Below are positions 13,360-24,331 of a DNA stretch of 64,000 nucleotides, piece by piece; position 1 is the first letter of the stretch; every line of letters starts with the position of its first letter. The stretch spans positions 24,986,001 through 25,050,000 of the forward strand of contig OX597842.1 in assembly GCA_951406725.2 (NCBI GenBank). Direction: 5' to 3'. The notes beneath the pieces were generated by a model. It saw only the letters and a list, made by a program, of their open reading frames with translations. It made no database searches and had not been told where the DNA came from. The DNA is from Octopus vulgaris (Eukaryota). The position numbers and the translations under genes were made by a program.

Positions 13360-13865
13360 TATCATCATCATCGTTTAACGTCTGCTTTCCATGCTAGCAT
13401 GGGTTGGACGGTTCAACTGGGGTCTGGGAAGCCAGAAGGCTGCACCAGGCCCAGTCTGATCTGGCAATGTTTCTACAGCTGGATGCCCTTCCTAACACCA
13501 ATCACTCCGTGAGTGTAGTGGGTGCTTTTTGCGTGCCAGGCAAGGCTGGCAACGGCCACGATCGGTTGGTGCTTTTTACATGCCACCGGCATGGAGGCCA
13601 GTCGGGGTGGCGCTGGCAACGGCCACGCTCGGATGGTTCTTTTACGTGCCATCGGCACTGGTATCACAACTACAATTTCCATTGATTTTTGAGCGATTTC
13701 GATTTCACTTGCCTCAAAAGGTCTTCGCAAGCAGAGTTTTGTGTCCCAAGAAGGAAAAGTATGCATAAGCGAGCTGGCTACATCCCAGGAAGAGGCCACT
13801 GGTTATGGTCTCACTTGTCCTGCCAGGTCTTCTCACGCACAGCATACTTCCAAAGGTCTCGGTTG
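13360..13865 (-). mobile_element. SINE family D with (GAT)n tail
   Basis: Shared block GTTGG.GTTAGGAAGGGCATCCAGCTGTAGAAAC...CCCATGCTAGCATGGAAAGC.GACGTTAAACGATGATG; also at 920-1092, 6320-6500(-), 18878-19130 and 31340-31470(-). Confidence 0.75.
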
Positions 13866-13912
<47 letters not shown>

Positions 13913-13920
13913 CTCTACAA

Positions 13921-14180
13921 ATTCCCTGTTCCATGAATTGTTATCTCCGCTTATGCTACAACATCTATATCATATCACTAACTCTTTTGCAACAAGCGCA
14001 GGCCTTCTCTCTGGATAAGATTTCAACAGATCATTGTCTAATAAGGTTTGGACATTCGAACATCCTACATTCATAGGCCTGCACCTTAACCTGAATTTAC
14101 TCAAAGTTGTTGGATTACGACCGGACCCAGGCTGTGGTGCCCTGGGACACCTGCCGGGCCAGACCACAGAACAAATGTAT
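13921..14180 (-). mobile_element. 5' fragment of an RTE LINE (5' UTR plus start of the AP endonuclease)
   Basis: MNVGCSNVQTLLDND...YPERRPALVAKEL-(frameshift)-YDIDVVA, matching the RTE APE N-terminus xxGxWNVRTLLD...PERRTALVARELxRYxIDIAAL. Confidence 0.75.
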
Positions 14181-14528
14181 ATTTCTGTGTGTATATAGGT
14201 ATAAAGTGGAGGCACATAGCCTTAGTGGTTAGAGCAGCGGACTCGCGGTTGAGGGTTCATGGGTTCGAATCTCAGACCGGGTGATGTGTGTGTTTATGAG
14301 CGAAACACCTAAGCTCCATGCTGCTCCGACAGAAGGTAAAAGCGAACTTCTGCTGACTCCTTCGCCACAACTTTCTCTCACTCTTTCCTCCTGCATCTTG
14401 CAGCTCACCTGTGACAGACCGGTGTCCCGTCCAGGTGGGGAACTTATATGCCAAGGAAACCGGGAAACTGGCCCTTATGAGCCAGACATGGCTCAAGAAG
14501 GAACAAACAACATATAGGTATATAGATA

Positions 14529-14572
<44 letters not shown>

Positions 14573-14732
14573 TGTGTGTATTATTTGAAGGATATTTGGC
14601 AGCTAAATCCAGGTGTGGCAATTTCTGTTCATGTGGTTGTGTAATTCCATGATGTGTGTGTGTGTGTGTGTGGTTGTTATTACAGTTGGGGCTGATTTTA
14701 TTATTCTCTTTCTTTTCCGTATTTCTTTGTAG

Positions 14733-14841
14733 CTTGGTCGGTGGGTTACAGTGGGCATGAAGAGACGTGTAACAAGACGGACCTCTGTTGAACCTGCAGA
14801 CAAGAGGTTAAAGACAGATGAGGCCGAAACAAAGAAAGATG
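14733..14841 (+). CDS. KAT6: KAT6A/B internal exon
   Basis: TTTCTTTGTAG acceptor, G|GTAAGG donor, 109 nt, phase 0/1; LGRWVTVGMKRRVTRR...KKD. The junction RRKLGRW resembles the RRGRWG motif of vertebrate KAT6A. Confidence 0.8.
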
Positions 14842-14877
14842 GTAAGGGATTATTTTATTGAAATATATTCTCCATTG

Positions 14878-15975
14878 TCTCTCTCTCTCTCTTTGTTTCT
14901 TTCTCTTTCTCTCTCTTTGTCTCTCTCTCTCACTATCTCTCTCTCTTTGTTTCTCCCTCTCTTTGTCTCTCTCTCTTTGTCTCTCTCATCTCTCTCTTTC
15001 TCTCTCTTTGTCTCTCTCTCACACTATCTCTCTCTTTGTCTCTCTCTCATTGTGTCTCTCTGTGTCTCTCTCTCACTATCTTTCTCACTATCTCTCTCTT
15101 TCTTTCTCTCTCTTTGTCTCTCTCTCTTTGTCCCTCTCTCTGTGTCTCACTCTCTCTTTGTCTCTCTCTCACTATCTCTCTCTTTGTCTCTCTCTCATTG
15201 TGTCTCTCTGTGTCTCTCTCTCACTATCTTTCTCACTATCTCTCTCTCTTCTTTCTCTCTTTGTCTCTCTCTCTTTGTCCCTCTCTCTGTGTCTCACTCT
15301 CTCTTTGTCTCTCTCTCACTATCTCTCTCTCTTTGTCTCTCTCTCTCTCTTTCTCTCTCTCTCACTATCTCTCTCTCTCTCACTATCTCTCTCTCTCTGT
15401 CTTTCTCTCTCTCTGTCTCTCTCTCTCACTATCTCTCTCACTCTCTATGTCTTCCTCTCTATTTGTCTCTCTCTCTCTCTCATTGCTGCTTCCCTTTCCC
15501 TTCCTCTTGGTTTTGCTCACTGTTCTTCTTTGATCTCTCTCCCCACTCCCCACCTGCTTTCTCTGCTCTTCCCTCCTCTGTTTTCTTTACTCGTCCCCAC
15601 TTTCTCAGTTCTATCCCTACTTTCTCCTGCTCTTCCTCTCCCTCTGCTCCTCTTTAGTCTCTATCCTCCCTCACTCTGCTCTCCCGTACTCTCTTCTCTC
15701 CTGTGCTATCCCATGCTCTCTACTCTCCAGTGCTCTCTGCTCTCCCATGCTCCCTGCACTCCCACGCTCCCTGCTCTCCCTCGCTCCCTGCTCTCTTCTC
15801 TCCCATGCTTTCCAGTGCTCTCTGCTCTCCCTAACTCTCTGCTCTCCCATGCTCCCTGTTCTCCCACGCTCTCTGCTCTCCAGTGCTCCCTGCTCTCCCT
15901 AACTATCTGCTCTCCCTAGCTCCCTGCTCTCCAATGCTCCCTGTTCTCCCACGCTCTCTGCTCTCCCGTGCCCCC
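14878..15975. repeat. (TC)n-rich tract with an internal ~145-bp duplication, followed by a ~15-bp CTCCCATGCTCCCTG-like minisatellite
   Basis: Direct reading; it fills most of a KAT6 intron. Confidence 0.85.
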
Positions 15976-16102
15976 TACTCTCCTCTCTTCCTCACTCTTC
16001 ATTCTTATTCCTATATTCTGGCTAACCCTCCTCTCTTGGCCTTCACTCACTCATCATTTCCTTCTCCACTTCTCTCTCTAACCTCACTCCCCTATATTTC
16101 AG

Positions 16103-16192
16103 AACCTGTTCCAGAAGGACGATTGCTCAGACGATCCAATGCTGACCGTTCTAGACGGCTTGCGTCTACAGCGTCCCCACCCAAAAGTTCAG
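16103..16192 (+). CDS. KAT6: KAT6A/B internal exon
   Basis: TATTTCAG acceptor, CAG|GTAACG donor, 90 nt, phase 1/1; EPVPEGRLLRRSNADRSRRLASTASPPKSS. Confidence 0.75.
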
Positions 16193-16768
16193 GTAACGTA
16201 CCCTTCCTTCTCTTGTGGGTGAAACGATGTGGCAGATTGAGGATGGGTTTGCATTCAAAACCTGACTGATCTGGGAAACTCAAAAGGCAGTAGTCTTAGG
16301 TGCACTCAATTCATGGAGTGGAGTAGAGGAGTTTGAATGTGTTGTGTTCTTGAGCAAGACACTTCATTTCATGTTGCCCCTGTTCACACAGCAGATGAAA
16401 ATGAGTAAACTGTGATGGGCATCCCGTCTGGGGAGGAATATATATGGGCCAGAGAAACCAGATGACTGGCCCAGCAATCCTTAAGGGGTAATGTGGGCTT
16501 AAACCCCCCCCCCCATGTGGTAAGAAGCTTCCTTCCAAGCCACATTGTTCTGGGTTCAGTCCCATTGCGTGGCACCTTGGAGAAGTATCTTCTGCTATAG
16601 CCTCAGACCTACAAAAGCCTTGTGAGTGGGTTTTGTAGATGGATGGAAACTGAAAGAAGCCTGTTGTATATATATATTTGTGTGTGTCTGTGTTTGTCTA
16701 CCACCTACTCCCACCATCACTTGACACCCGATACTGGATATGTGTGTGTATATATATGTATGTATAAA

Positions 16769-17725
16769 GGCAGCGAGCTGGCAGATACATTAGCACACCG
16801 GGCAAAATGCGTAGCCGTATTTCGTCTGCCGTTACGTTCTGAGTTCAAATTCCGCCGAGGTCGGCTTTGCCTCTCATCCTTTCGGGGTTGATAAATTAAG
16901 TACCAGTTATGCACTGGGGTCGATGTAATCAACTTAATCCGTTTGTCTGTCCTTGCTTGTCCTCTCTGTGTTTAGCCCCTTGTGGGTAGTAAAGAAATAG
17001 GTATTTTGTCTGCCGTTACGTTCTGAGTTCAAATTCCGCCGAGGTCGACTTTGCCTTTCAGGGTCGATAAAATAAGTACCAGTTACACATTGGGGTCGAT
17101 ATAATCAACTTAATCCGTTTGTCTGTCCTTGCTTGTCCTCTCTGTGTTTAGCCCCTTGTGGGTAGTAAAGAAATAGGTATTTTGTCTGCCGTTACGTTCT
17201 GAGTTCAAATTCCGCCGAGGTCGGCTTTGCCTCTCATCCTTTCGGGGTTGATAAATTAAGTACCAGTTATGCACTGGGGTCGATGTAATCAACTTAATCC
17301 GTTTGTCTGTCCTTGCTTGTCCTCTCTGTGTTTAGCCCCTTGTGGGTAGTAAAGAAATAGGTATTTTGTCTGCCGTTACGTTCTGAGTTCAAATTCCGCC
17401 GAGGTCGACTTTGCCTTTCAGGGTCGATAAAATAAGTACCAGTTACACATTGGGGTCGATATAATCAACTTAATCCGTTTGTCTGTCCTTGCTTGTCCTC
17501 TCTGTGTTTAGCCCCTTGTGGGTAGTAAAGAAATAGGTATTTTGTCTGCCGTTATGTTCTGAGTTCAAATTCCGCCGAGGTCGACTTTGCCTTTCATCTT
17601 TTCGGGGTCGATAAATTAAGTACCAGTTACGCACTGGGGTCGATATAATCAACTTAATCCGTTTGTCTGTCCTTGTTTGTCCCCTCTGTGTTTAGCCCCT
17701 TGTGGGCAATAAAGAAATAGGTATT
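16769..17725 (+). mobile_element. Pentamer of SINE family A (units of 184/176/184/176/184 bp)
   Basis: Unit starts at 16817, 17001, 17177, 17361 and 17537. Confidence 0.9.
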
Positions 17726-17868
17726 GTAGTGTAAGACATAGTAATACTTTTACTCCCTGGAGGGCGTGTGCAATGTTATGGTTTGTAATTACATGTGGAT
17801 AATGACGAATGAAACGATGATGCAGTGATGTTCATGCTGATGTAATGGCTTCTTTATTATTCCTGCAG

Positions 17869-18239
17869 GTACGAAGAAAGACAGCCCTGCCAACAGTGCC
17901 GCCGAGGTTAACACTACCAGCCAAACCACGAACAACAGCAGCAGCTCTCCGGTCAGACGGGTGGTCGCGGAAAGGCGACGCACCAGCAGTCGGACGGCGA
18001 GCTACGCAGCAGCAGCAGCCGCTGCTGCTACTGCCGCAGTCGCTGCTGCCTTGAAAGCAACCAATACTGCAAGTAATAGTACGACCACTACTACTACCAC
18101 CACAACTGCTGCAGCTGCTACAACGCAACCGGACGGTGCCCCGCAACCTGAGCGCAAGAAAACGAGAGGTTGGCCGAAAGGGGTGAAACGTGGGCCGTTG
18201 GCGAGGAGACACGGCAAACGACGAGGTCGACAGAATAAG
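17869..18239 (+). CDS. KAT6: KAT6A/B internal exon with basic GWPKG motif
   Basis: TTCCTGCAG acceptor, AAG|GTATGT donor, 371 nt, phase 1/0; contains poly-A/poly-T runs and RKKTRGWPKGVKRGP (cf. KKKGWPKGK in KAT6A). Confidence 0.85.
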
Positions 18240-18474
18240 GTATGTTTATTTTACGGTGTTGTTGTTGTTGTAGTACTTGAATTTGCCCTGCCTGAGCAAT
18301 AAATGCTTTCTGTTTAACCCCGTTTTCGATACCGGGCCCGCATGAAAGCAACCCTGGTTCTGTGATTTGAAAACTTCCTGTGTGAAAGTACCCTAAATCA
18401 AAACCTTCCTTCCATTTTTCCAAACAGCAACTTAATGATCCCTGTGCACAGCCATTATTTATTTTATTGACCCA

Positions 18475-19190
18475 TAACCCATTTGGTACCAACTTGGCCA
18501 AAACCACCTCTGGCTCTGTAGTACAAATGTCTTGTTTTCATAAGTTTTTAATTAAAATCTTCCACCAACCTTAGTCACAATTTATGTTCCTAACACTAGT
18601 TGAATGATAACAAAGTTATTTTACTAAATTCTTTGTTATATTTAAAGTAATTAAAAGAGACACAGAGCATCTCAAAATATATATGGTAACAAAAGGTTTA
18701 AAGTAACCATGATATTTTTAACCCGTTTGATACAAATCCAGCTGAAACCGCCTGTGGCTCTGTGGTAAAATGTCTTGTTTTCAAAAGTTCTGAATTAAAA
18801 TCTTTCACCAAACTTTAGTCACAATTTATGTTCCTAACACCAGCTTAATGATAACTAAGTTCTTTGTTATATTTATGTCTGTGCTGGTGGCACATAAAAA
18901 GCACCAACTAATTGTGGCCATTCACCAGCCCCGTCCGGTACCTGTGCTGGTGGCACGCAAAAAGCATCCACTACACTCACGGAGTGGTTGGCGTTAGGAA
19001 GGTCATCCAGCTGTAGAAACACTGCCAGATCAGACTGGAGCCTGGTGCAGAGTCCTGGCTTCCCAGACCCCGGTTGAACCGTCCAACCCGTGGTAGCACG
19101 GAAAATGGACGTTAAACGATGATGATGATTTAAAATTAATTGAATGAAACCCAGAGCATCTCAAAATAAATACGGTAACGAAAGGGTTAA
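18475..19190 (-). mobile_element. Two tandem piggyBac-like MITEs; the second is interrupted by a SINE (18878-19130)
   Basis: Reverse complement of the 2711 MITE; ends AAAGGGTTAA; spacer AGTAACCATGATATTT between the copies. Confidence 0.75.
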
Positions 19191-19808
19191 AAGGATGAAA
19201 GGCAAAGTGGAATTTGAACTCGGAATGCAAAGATTGACAAAATGTTGCTTTACATTTTGCTTGGCGTGCTAACAGTTTAACCAGTTCACCACCTTGCACC
19301 AGCTTAATAATGGCAGTTATTTTGCTAAATTCTTCATTATCATCATCATCAAATTAATCATTATCTTTCAAATTAATCGAAACAACAAAAGGAAGGGTTT
19401 TTCTACGGAATTATGGTAACAAAAGGGTTTTAGTGATGTAAATTAAAACCTCCCATCAAAATTCCTTGTTAATTTATGTTCCAAACACCAGCTTCTCTGG
19501 TGTATGTATGTATGTATGTATGTATATATATATATATATGTACTAGTAGTATAATCCAGCTTTGCCTGGGATTAAGTTAGGATTATTAAGCTAATCAAGT
19601 TCTTTATTTCAAACCAAAGTAAGTAACATATATATGTAGAGGATTTGTATGTATATATATGTATGTATGTATGTGTGTGTGTGTGTGTGTGTAGTTTGTT
19701 GCTATATATATATATATATATATAAAATTAATTAAGGGTAGAAATCAATATTTATCAATTAAAACCAGTGGTCTAGCATATTAAAAAAGAATCCGAAGAT
19801 TAAATATT

Positions 19809-19972
19809 TATATATACCAATTAAGGACTGAACACGAAAAAGTGGACAGTCAACATGCTAGATATAGACGTCAAATCACCATTCTCTACAAAAAGAGAAT
19901 GGCAATTTGACGTCTATATCTAGCATGTTGACTGTCCACTTTTTCGTGTTCAGTCCTTAATTGGTATATATA
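19809..19972. repeat. Near-perfect palindrome (~79-bp arms, 6-nt loop) in (TA)n
   Basis: ACCAATTAAGGACTGAACACG...CCATTCTCT ACAAAA AGAGAATGG...CGTGTTCAGTCCTTAATTGGT. Confidence 0.92.
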
Positions 19973-20280
19973 TATATGACCAGATATTGATTGATTTTCT
20001 TTACTTTTCCTCTCTGCCTGTGTGGATTGTTTTCAAGTATTTTGGTTTTTTTCTGGGAGTCCCTTTTTAAAGCCGAAGAAATAGCTAACGTTTTTTGGCT
20101 GCTATTTCTAAACTTCGGTATGTGGTAAAGCAAATCTTTGCTGAACCCTAATTATTAAGTATTACTTAAGTTTACCATAAAATGGTCCTTTTTTCATGCC
20201 GAATTCTACTTGGTGAAATTATTGATTACTTCTTAATTAATTAATTTTACCCTTTGTTATTATATATATATATATATAAA

Positions 20281-20627
20281 TAAAAAAAGGGAAATGAAGA
20301 AAATGCTGACAAAATAATTTAAGTAAGGGAGAGTGTATTTAATTAGGTGAAAGTTCTTTTTACCGGTTGCGCATTTGTTATGCTTATCAAAAGATATATT
20401 TTTAAAGAGAGATAGATTTCCTTTCTGATAGATTTTTTTCTCTTATCTGATAAGCAACAACAGATAAGAGAAAAAAATCTATCAGAAAGGAACTCTATCT
20501 CTCTTAAAAAATATCTTTTGATAAGCATAACAAATGCGCAACCGGTAAAAAGAACTTTCACCTAATTAAATACACTCTCCCTTACTTAAATTATTTTGTC
20601 AGCATTTTCTTCATTTCCCTTTTTTTA
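20281..20627. repeat. Near-perfect palindrome (~168-bp arms, 11-nt loop) between (TA)n tracts; probable Penelope-like remnant
   Basis: 20281-20449 is the reverse complement of 20461-20627 with only a few mismatches; it contains a degenerate hammerhead-like motif at 20514-20553. Confidence 0.93.
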
Positions 20628-20735
20628 TATATCACAACTCGTGTTCCACATCTCCTTTTTTAAATATATATATATATATATATATTTATATGTGAGGTTG
20701 AATTATTAAATCTGATGTTGTGTTGTATTTTTCAG

Positions 20736-21503
20736 ACTGCGAATGCGAGAGCGGCACAGAGACGGCGCAGAGCAGCGAATGCTGCTGCCATGGCATCGGA
20801 GGAAATGTTACCATCCGAAGAGCAGCAGCAGCAGCAAGAACAGGAGAAGCAACAGCAGCAGCAGCAGCAACAACAAGAGGAAGAACCTCAGCATGAAGAG
20901 GAAAACGAACAACAGCAGCAACAACAACAAGAACAAGAATCTGCCTTGTCGTCGCCTGTGAGGGAGGAGGAGGAGGAAGAGGAAAGCGGCGAATGCGACA
21001 ATAATAATAATGATAATAATAACACTACTAATAATACGAGTAAAGACGAGAACAATATGGCAGTGGAGGAGGAGGAGGAGGATGACGATGAGGAGGAGAT
21101 GGAGGTGGATATGGAGAAGGAGGAGCAGGATGAGACGATGGAGTCGTCTCCTGCGAGGCCCTATGATGTCGGTGTCGGCGGCCTGGACAAGGGTGAGCCG
21201 ATGCCTTGCGGGGAGACGAACATGCCGGATCATGGCCACCACCACCACCATCACCACCACAACCACAACCACCACATCCAACAGCAGCAGCAGCAGCATC
21301 CACACCACCACCACCACCATCACCACCACCAGCAGCAGCAACAACAACAACAGTCGCAGCACCATCCGCATCACCAAGGGGCCCGCGGCTTCTCGGAGAA
21401 CGACGACAGAGGAGACGAGGGCGATGATGAGGAGGAGGATGACGATGACGAAGAAGAGGATGTCGAGGAGGAAGCTGGGAGAGTTGGTGGTGAAGAGGAA
21501 GAA

Positions 21504-21535
<32 letters not shown>

Positions 21536-24331
21536 CGAGGATGAGGGGGATGGCGTCCACCGAGAGTGTGCGGCAGCGTCCACTGCCACTGCTCCTGTCT
21601 CCCCGTCGTTGCACAGTTGTCAAGAGCCCCTTAATCTTCCGTCTGTGCCTGCACCCCAACAGGACTTCCCCATGGCGAACCCTGTCGAAAGCAGCTCCAC
21701 TTCAGCACACAATCAAGTCAACTGCAGCAACGACGGTCAAACGCTGCAGCCCGTCCACCGATCCCGGTCAAACTCTGATGACGACGACGACGATGACGAT
21801 GATGATGACGACGACGACGACGATGATGATGACGAGGAAAACGATGAAGATGATTCCAGCTCTGCTGAAGAGGCTGAGAGGGACTGCTGCAACGGTACCG
21901 CTGCTCCCACTGCTGCAGATGGTGCAAACAGCAACAGCTGCAGCGGAACTGGTGTTAATTTCAACAGCCGGGTCCCTGAACCCGTCGGCAGCGGCATTGC
22001 TGCTGCCGCCCCAAGCGCCGCTGCAAGCGACCTGGATGAGAGCCCCGACAGCATCACACCGCACATGAGGACCGGGTCACACGGCCACCACCACAATGAC
22101 GATGACAACAATGACGACGACGACGATGAGGATGAGGATGATGATGACGATGACGACGATTCCTCTTCTGCTTCGTCTCCGCCACGACCACCACCACCAC
22201 AGCAACAACAACAACATTGTCCTTCTATCCAGGGAGATGGCATGGATAAGTCGCCTCGGCCGAACAAGATGGACGTCGCCAACGGCAACGATAACAATAA
22301 CACCAACGGCAACAACAACAACAACAGCCGGCTGGAAAACGTTGACAGTGAAGAGGAGAGCGATGGTGATGATGACGATGACGACGATGATGACGATGAT
22401 GATGACAGCAGCAATAATAGTAATAATAATAATAACAACAACAGCAACAACAAAAACATGGAGCTCGACATGGTGAAAGGGAAGCTGAAGAGCCCCAGCT
22501 CTGTGGGAAAAGTGCATCATTGCCATGACGACGATGATGAGGAAGACGACGACGATGAAGATGATGATGATGATGATGATGACGATGGCGATGTCGATTC
22601 CGAAGACGGGGTAAGTGTTCTTTGCCACTGTCCATTGCATCTCGCTCTACCTCGTCGGCCGCGGTGGCCCACAGGGCGGAGGAAGAGGACGACGACGACG
22701 AGGAGGAAGAAGAGATGTCCCACGACTCTGTCGTCGAGGACGACAACAGCCGCGACGCCGAGATGCCGAGTGACGATGACGACGACGATGATGACGATGA
22801 TGACGACAGCAGTGGCAGCTACCACCGCGAGTTCAACAGTGACACGAACGCTGCTGTCGCGACCCCACTGAGCCGCGGCTCCGCTGGTGGCGGCACGGCC
22901 CCTACCCACAACTTCAACAACTTTGAGCCGATTGACAACAACTCTGTAGGGGAAATGAGCGGACCAGAACACGTATCCCAGCAGGCCTCTGCATCGACCC
23001 CAGCAGCCTCCGCAGACGGCCTGACCCTAAATAATCTGCCCAATGCACCCCCTGCCTCAGCGACGACCCCGGCTGCTACCACGCCTTCTTCACAGAACCC
23101 CAACTGCCCCAACGTGGGCGGAGTCTTCCCGCCAGCCCCTGCCGGCAGCACCCTGAACAGTGTCCAGAGCACGGGCCTGTCGAATGGTGGCGCCGGCAGC
23201 GGAGGCAGCAGCGGTAACAGCAGCGGAAGTGGCAGCAGTGGAGAGAGAGGTGGGGGTGGCAACAGCAGTAGTAGTAGCGGTAGTGGTGGAGGAGGCAGTG
23301 GAGGTGGTGGGAGCGGTGGTGGTGGTGGTGGTGGTGGTGGTACGGGTACGGGCGGGTTTGGAGCGGTGGACATCGACGTGGCGCAGCTTGGTCTGGAGTC
23401 ACCGACCTCGATCAGCAGCAACGAGATGGCAGTGAGCTCGGTGGAGACGGCAGCCACGCCCAACTTTACGGACTGCGCCCAGGTGCAAGGTTTCTGTAGC
23501 AGCTCGGGGCCGGGCCGCTTTATGGACACAGTCAACTCACCGCAGCCGGTCAGCAGTACCGGTTCCTATATGCCCCCAAACACAACCGTCAACTACTCCA
23601 CTTACACAGCTCCGTCAGTGCTGCTCCCCCAGGCGACGCAGCGGCTGAGCCACACGGCATCCCCATGCACGCTGCAGCTGAGTAGACAGAGTCCAAACTA
23701 TCAGACAAATGCCAGCTGTAGTTTGGCCAAACTACAGCAGCTGACCAATGGCATTATGGAGATTGTCCCCGAGAACACGATGACCCCGCCGCCCAACCTG
23801 ACCCCACCCCCGGTCAACATGACCCCGCCGCCCACCATGGTGCGCAACATGCCTACCCCGCCCATCCCGACACTGCAGCCGCAGATGAACGCCCAGTACA
23901 AGCAGTTCCAGCGGCGTGGCTCCGGCGTGCGCAAGAGCCCCAACATATCCGCGGCGGCTGCTGCAGCCGCTGCCGCTGCGGCTGCTGCCCCTCCTCCGCC
24001 CCCTCCGGCGCCGCCGACCAATATGGCTGCGGCTGCCGCCGCAGCCGCGGCCCTGTCGCCGAACGTCACCCTGTCGCAGTCGAGCATGATTGCTGCACGC
24101 TACAATGTGATTAACAGCTACCGCATGCCCCAGCAGATGTTAAACCACGGCTACATCTCCAGCCCTGGCTTCATCAACCAACAGCAGCTGCCGGTGCAGA
24201 TGAGTGTGGTGAACATGCACCCCAACCAGGCATTCCAGCAGCAGATCCAGTCCCCCCAGTCCAGCAACCAGGTGTACGCGACCTACGGTTACCTGTCCAC
24301 GCCCACCCTCAACATGAACATGCGGCGGTAG
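20736..24331 (+). CDS. KAT6: KAT6A/B (MOZ/MORF) terminal exon: acidic region plus Ser/Met-rich transactivation domain; frame break near 22608-22611
   Basis: TTTTTCAG acceptor, phase 0. D/E/Q/H/N-rich acidic tract to ~22610, then in another frame LESPTSISS, SCSLAKLQQLTN, TMTPPPNLTPPP, NSYRM..M.N.GY and the C-terminus MNMRR*. These match the conserved KAT6A/KAT6B C-terminal motifs (SLAKLQQLTN, TPPPNLTPPP, YMRR*). Confidence 0.92.

Noticed and set aside
396-19300. Sense-strand bias of SINEs in KAT6 introns
   Set aside because: The trend is visible, but several antisense copies exist (1-290, 6320-6770, 10165-10510, 13360-13865, 19190-19275) and counts are too small.
19541-19575. Possible third Helitron 3' end (CTAG plus hairpin on the minus strand)
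   Set aside because: No identifiable 5' TC end or second copy in the window.
22600-22625. Programmed -1 ribosomal frameshift in KAT6
   Set aside because: No canonical X XXY YYZ slippery heptamer at the frame break; an indel error or micro-intron is simpler.
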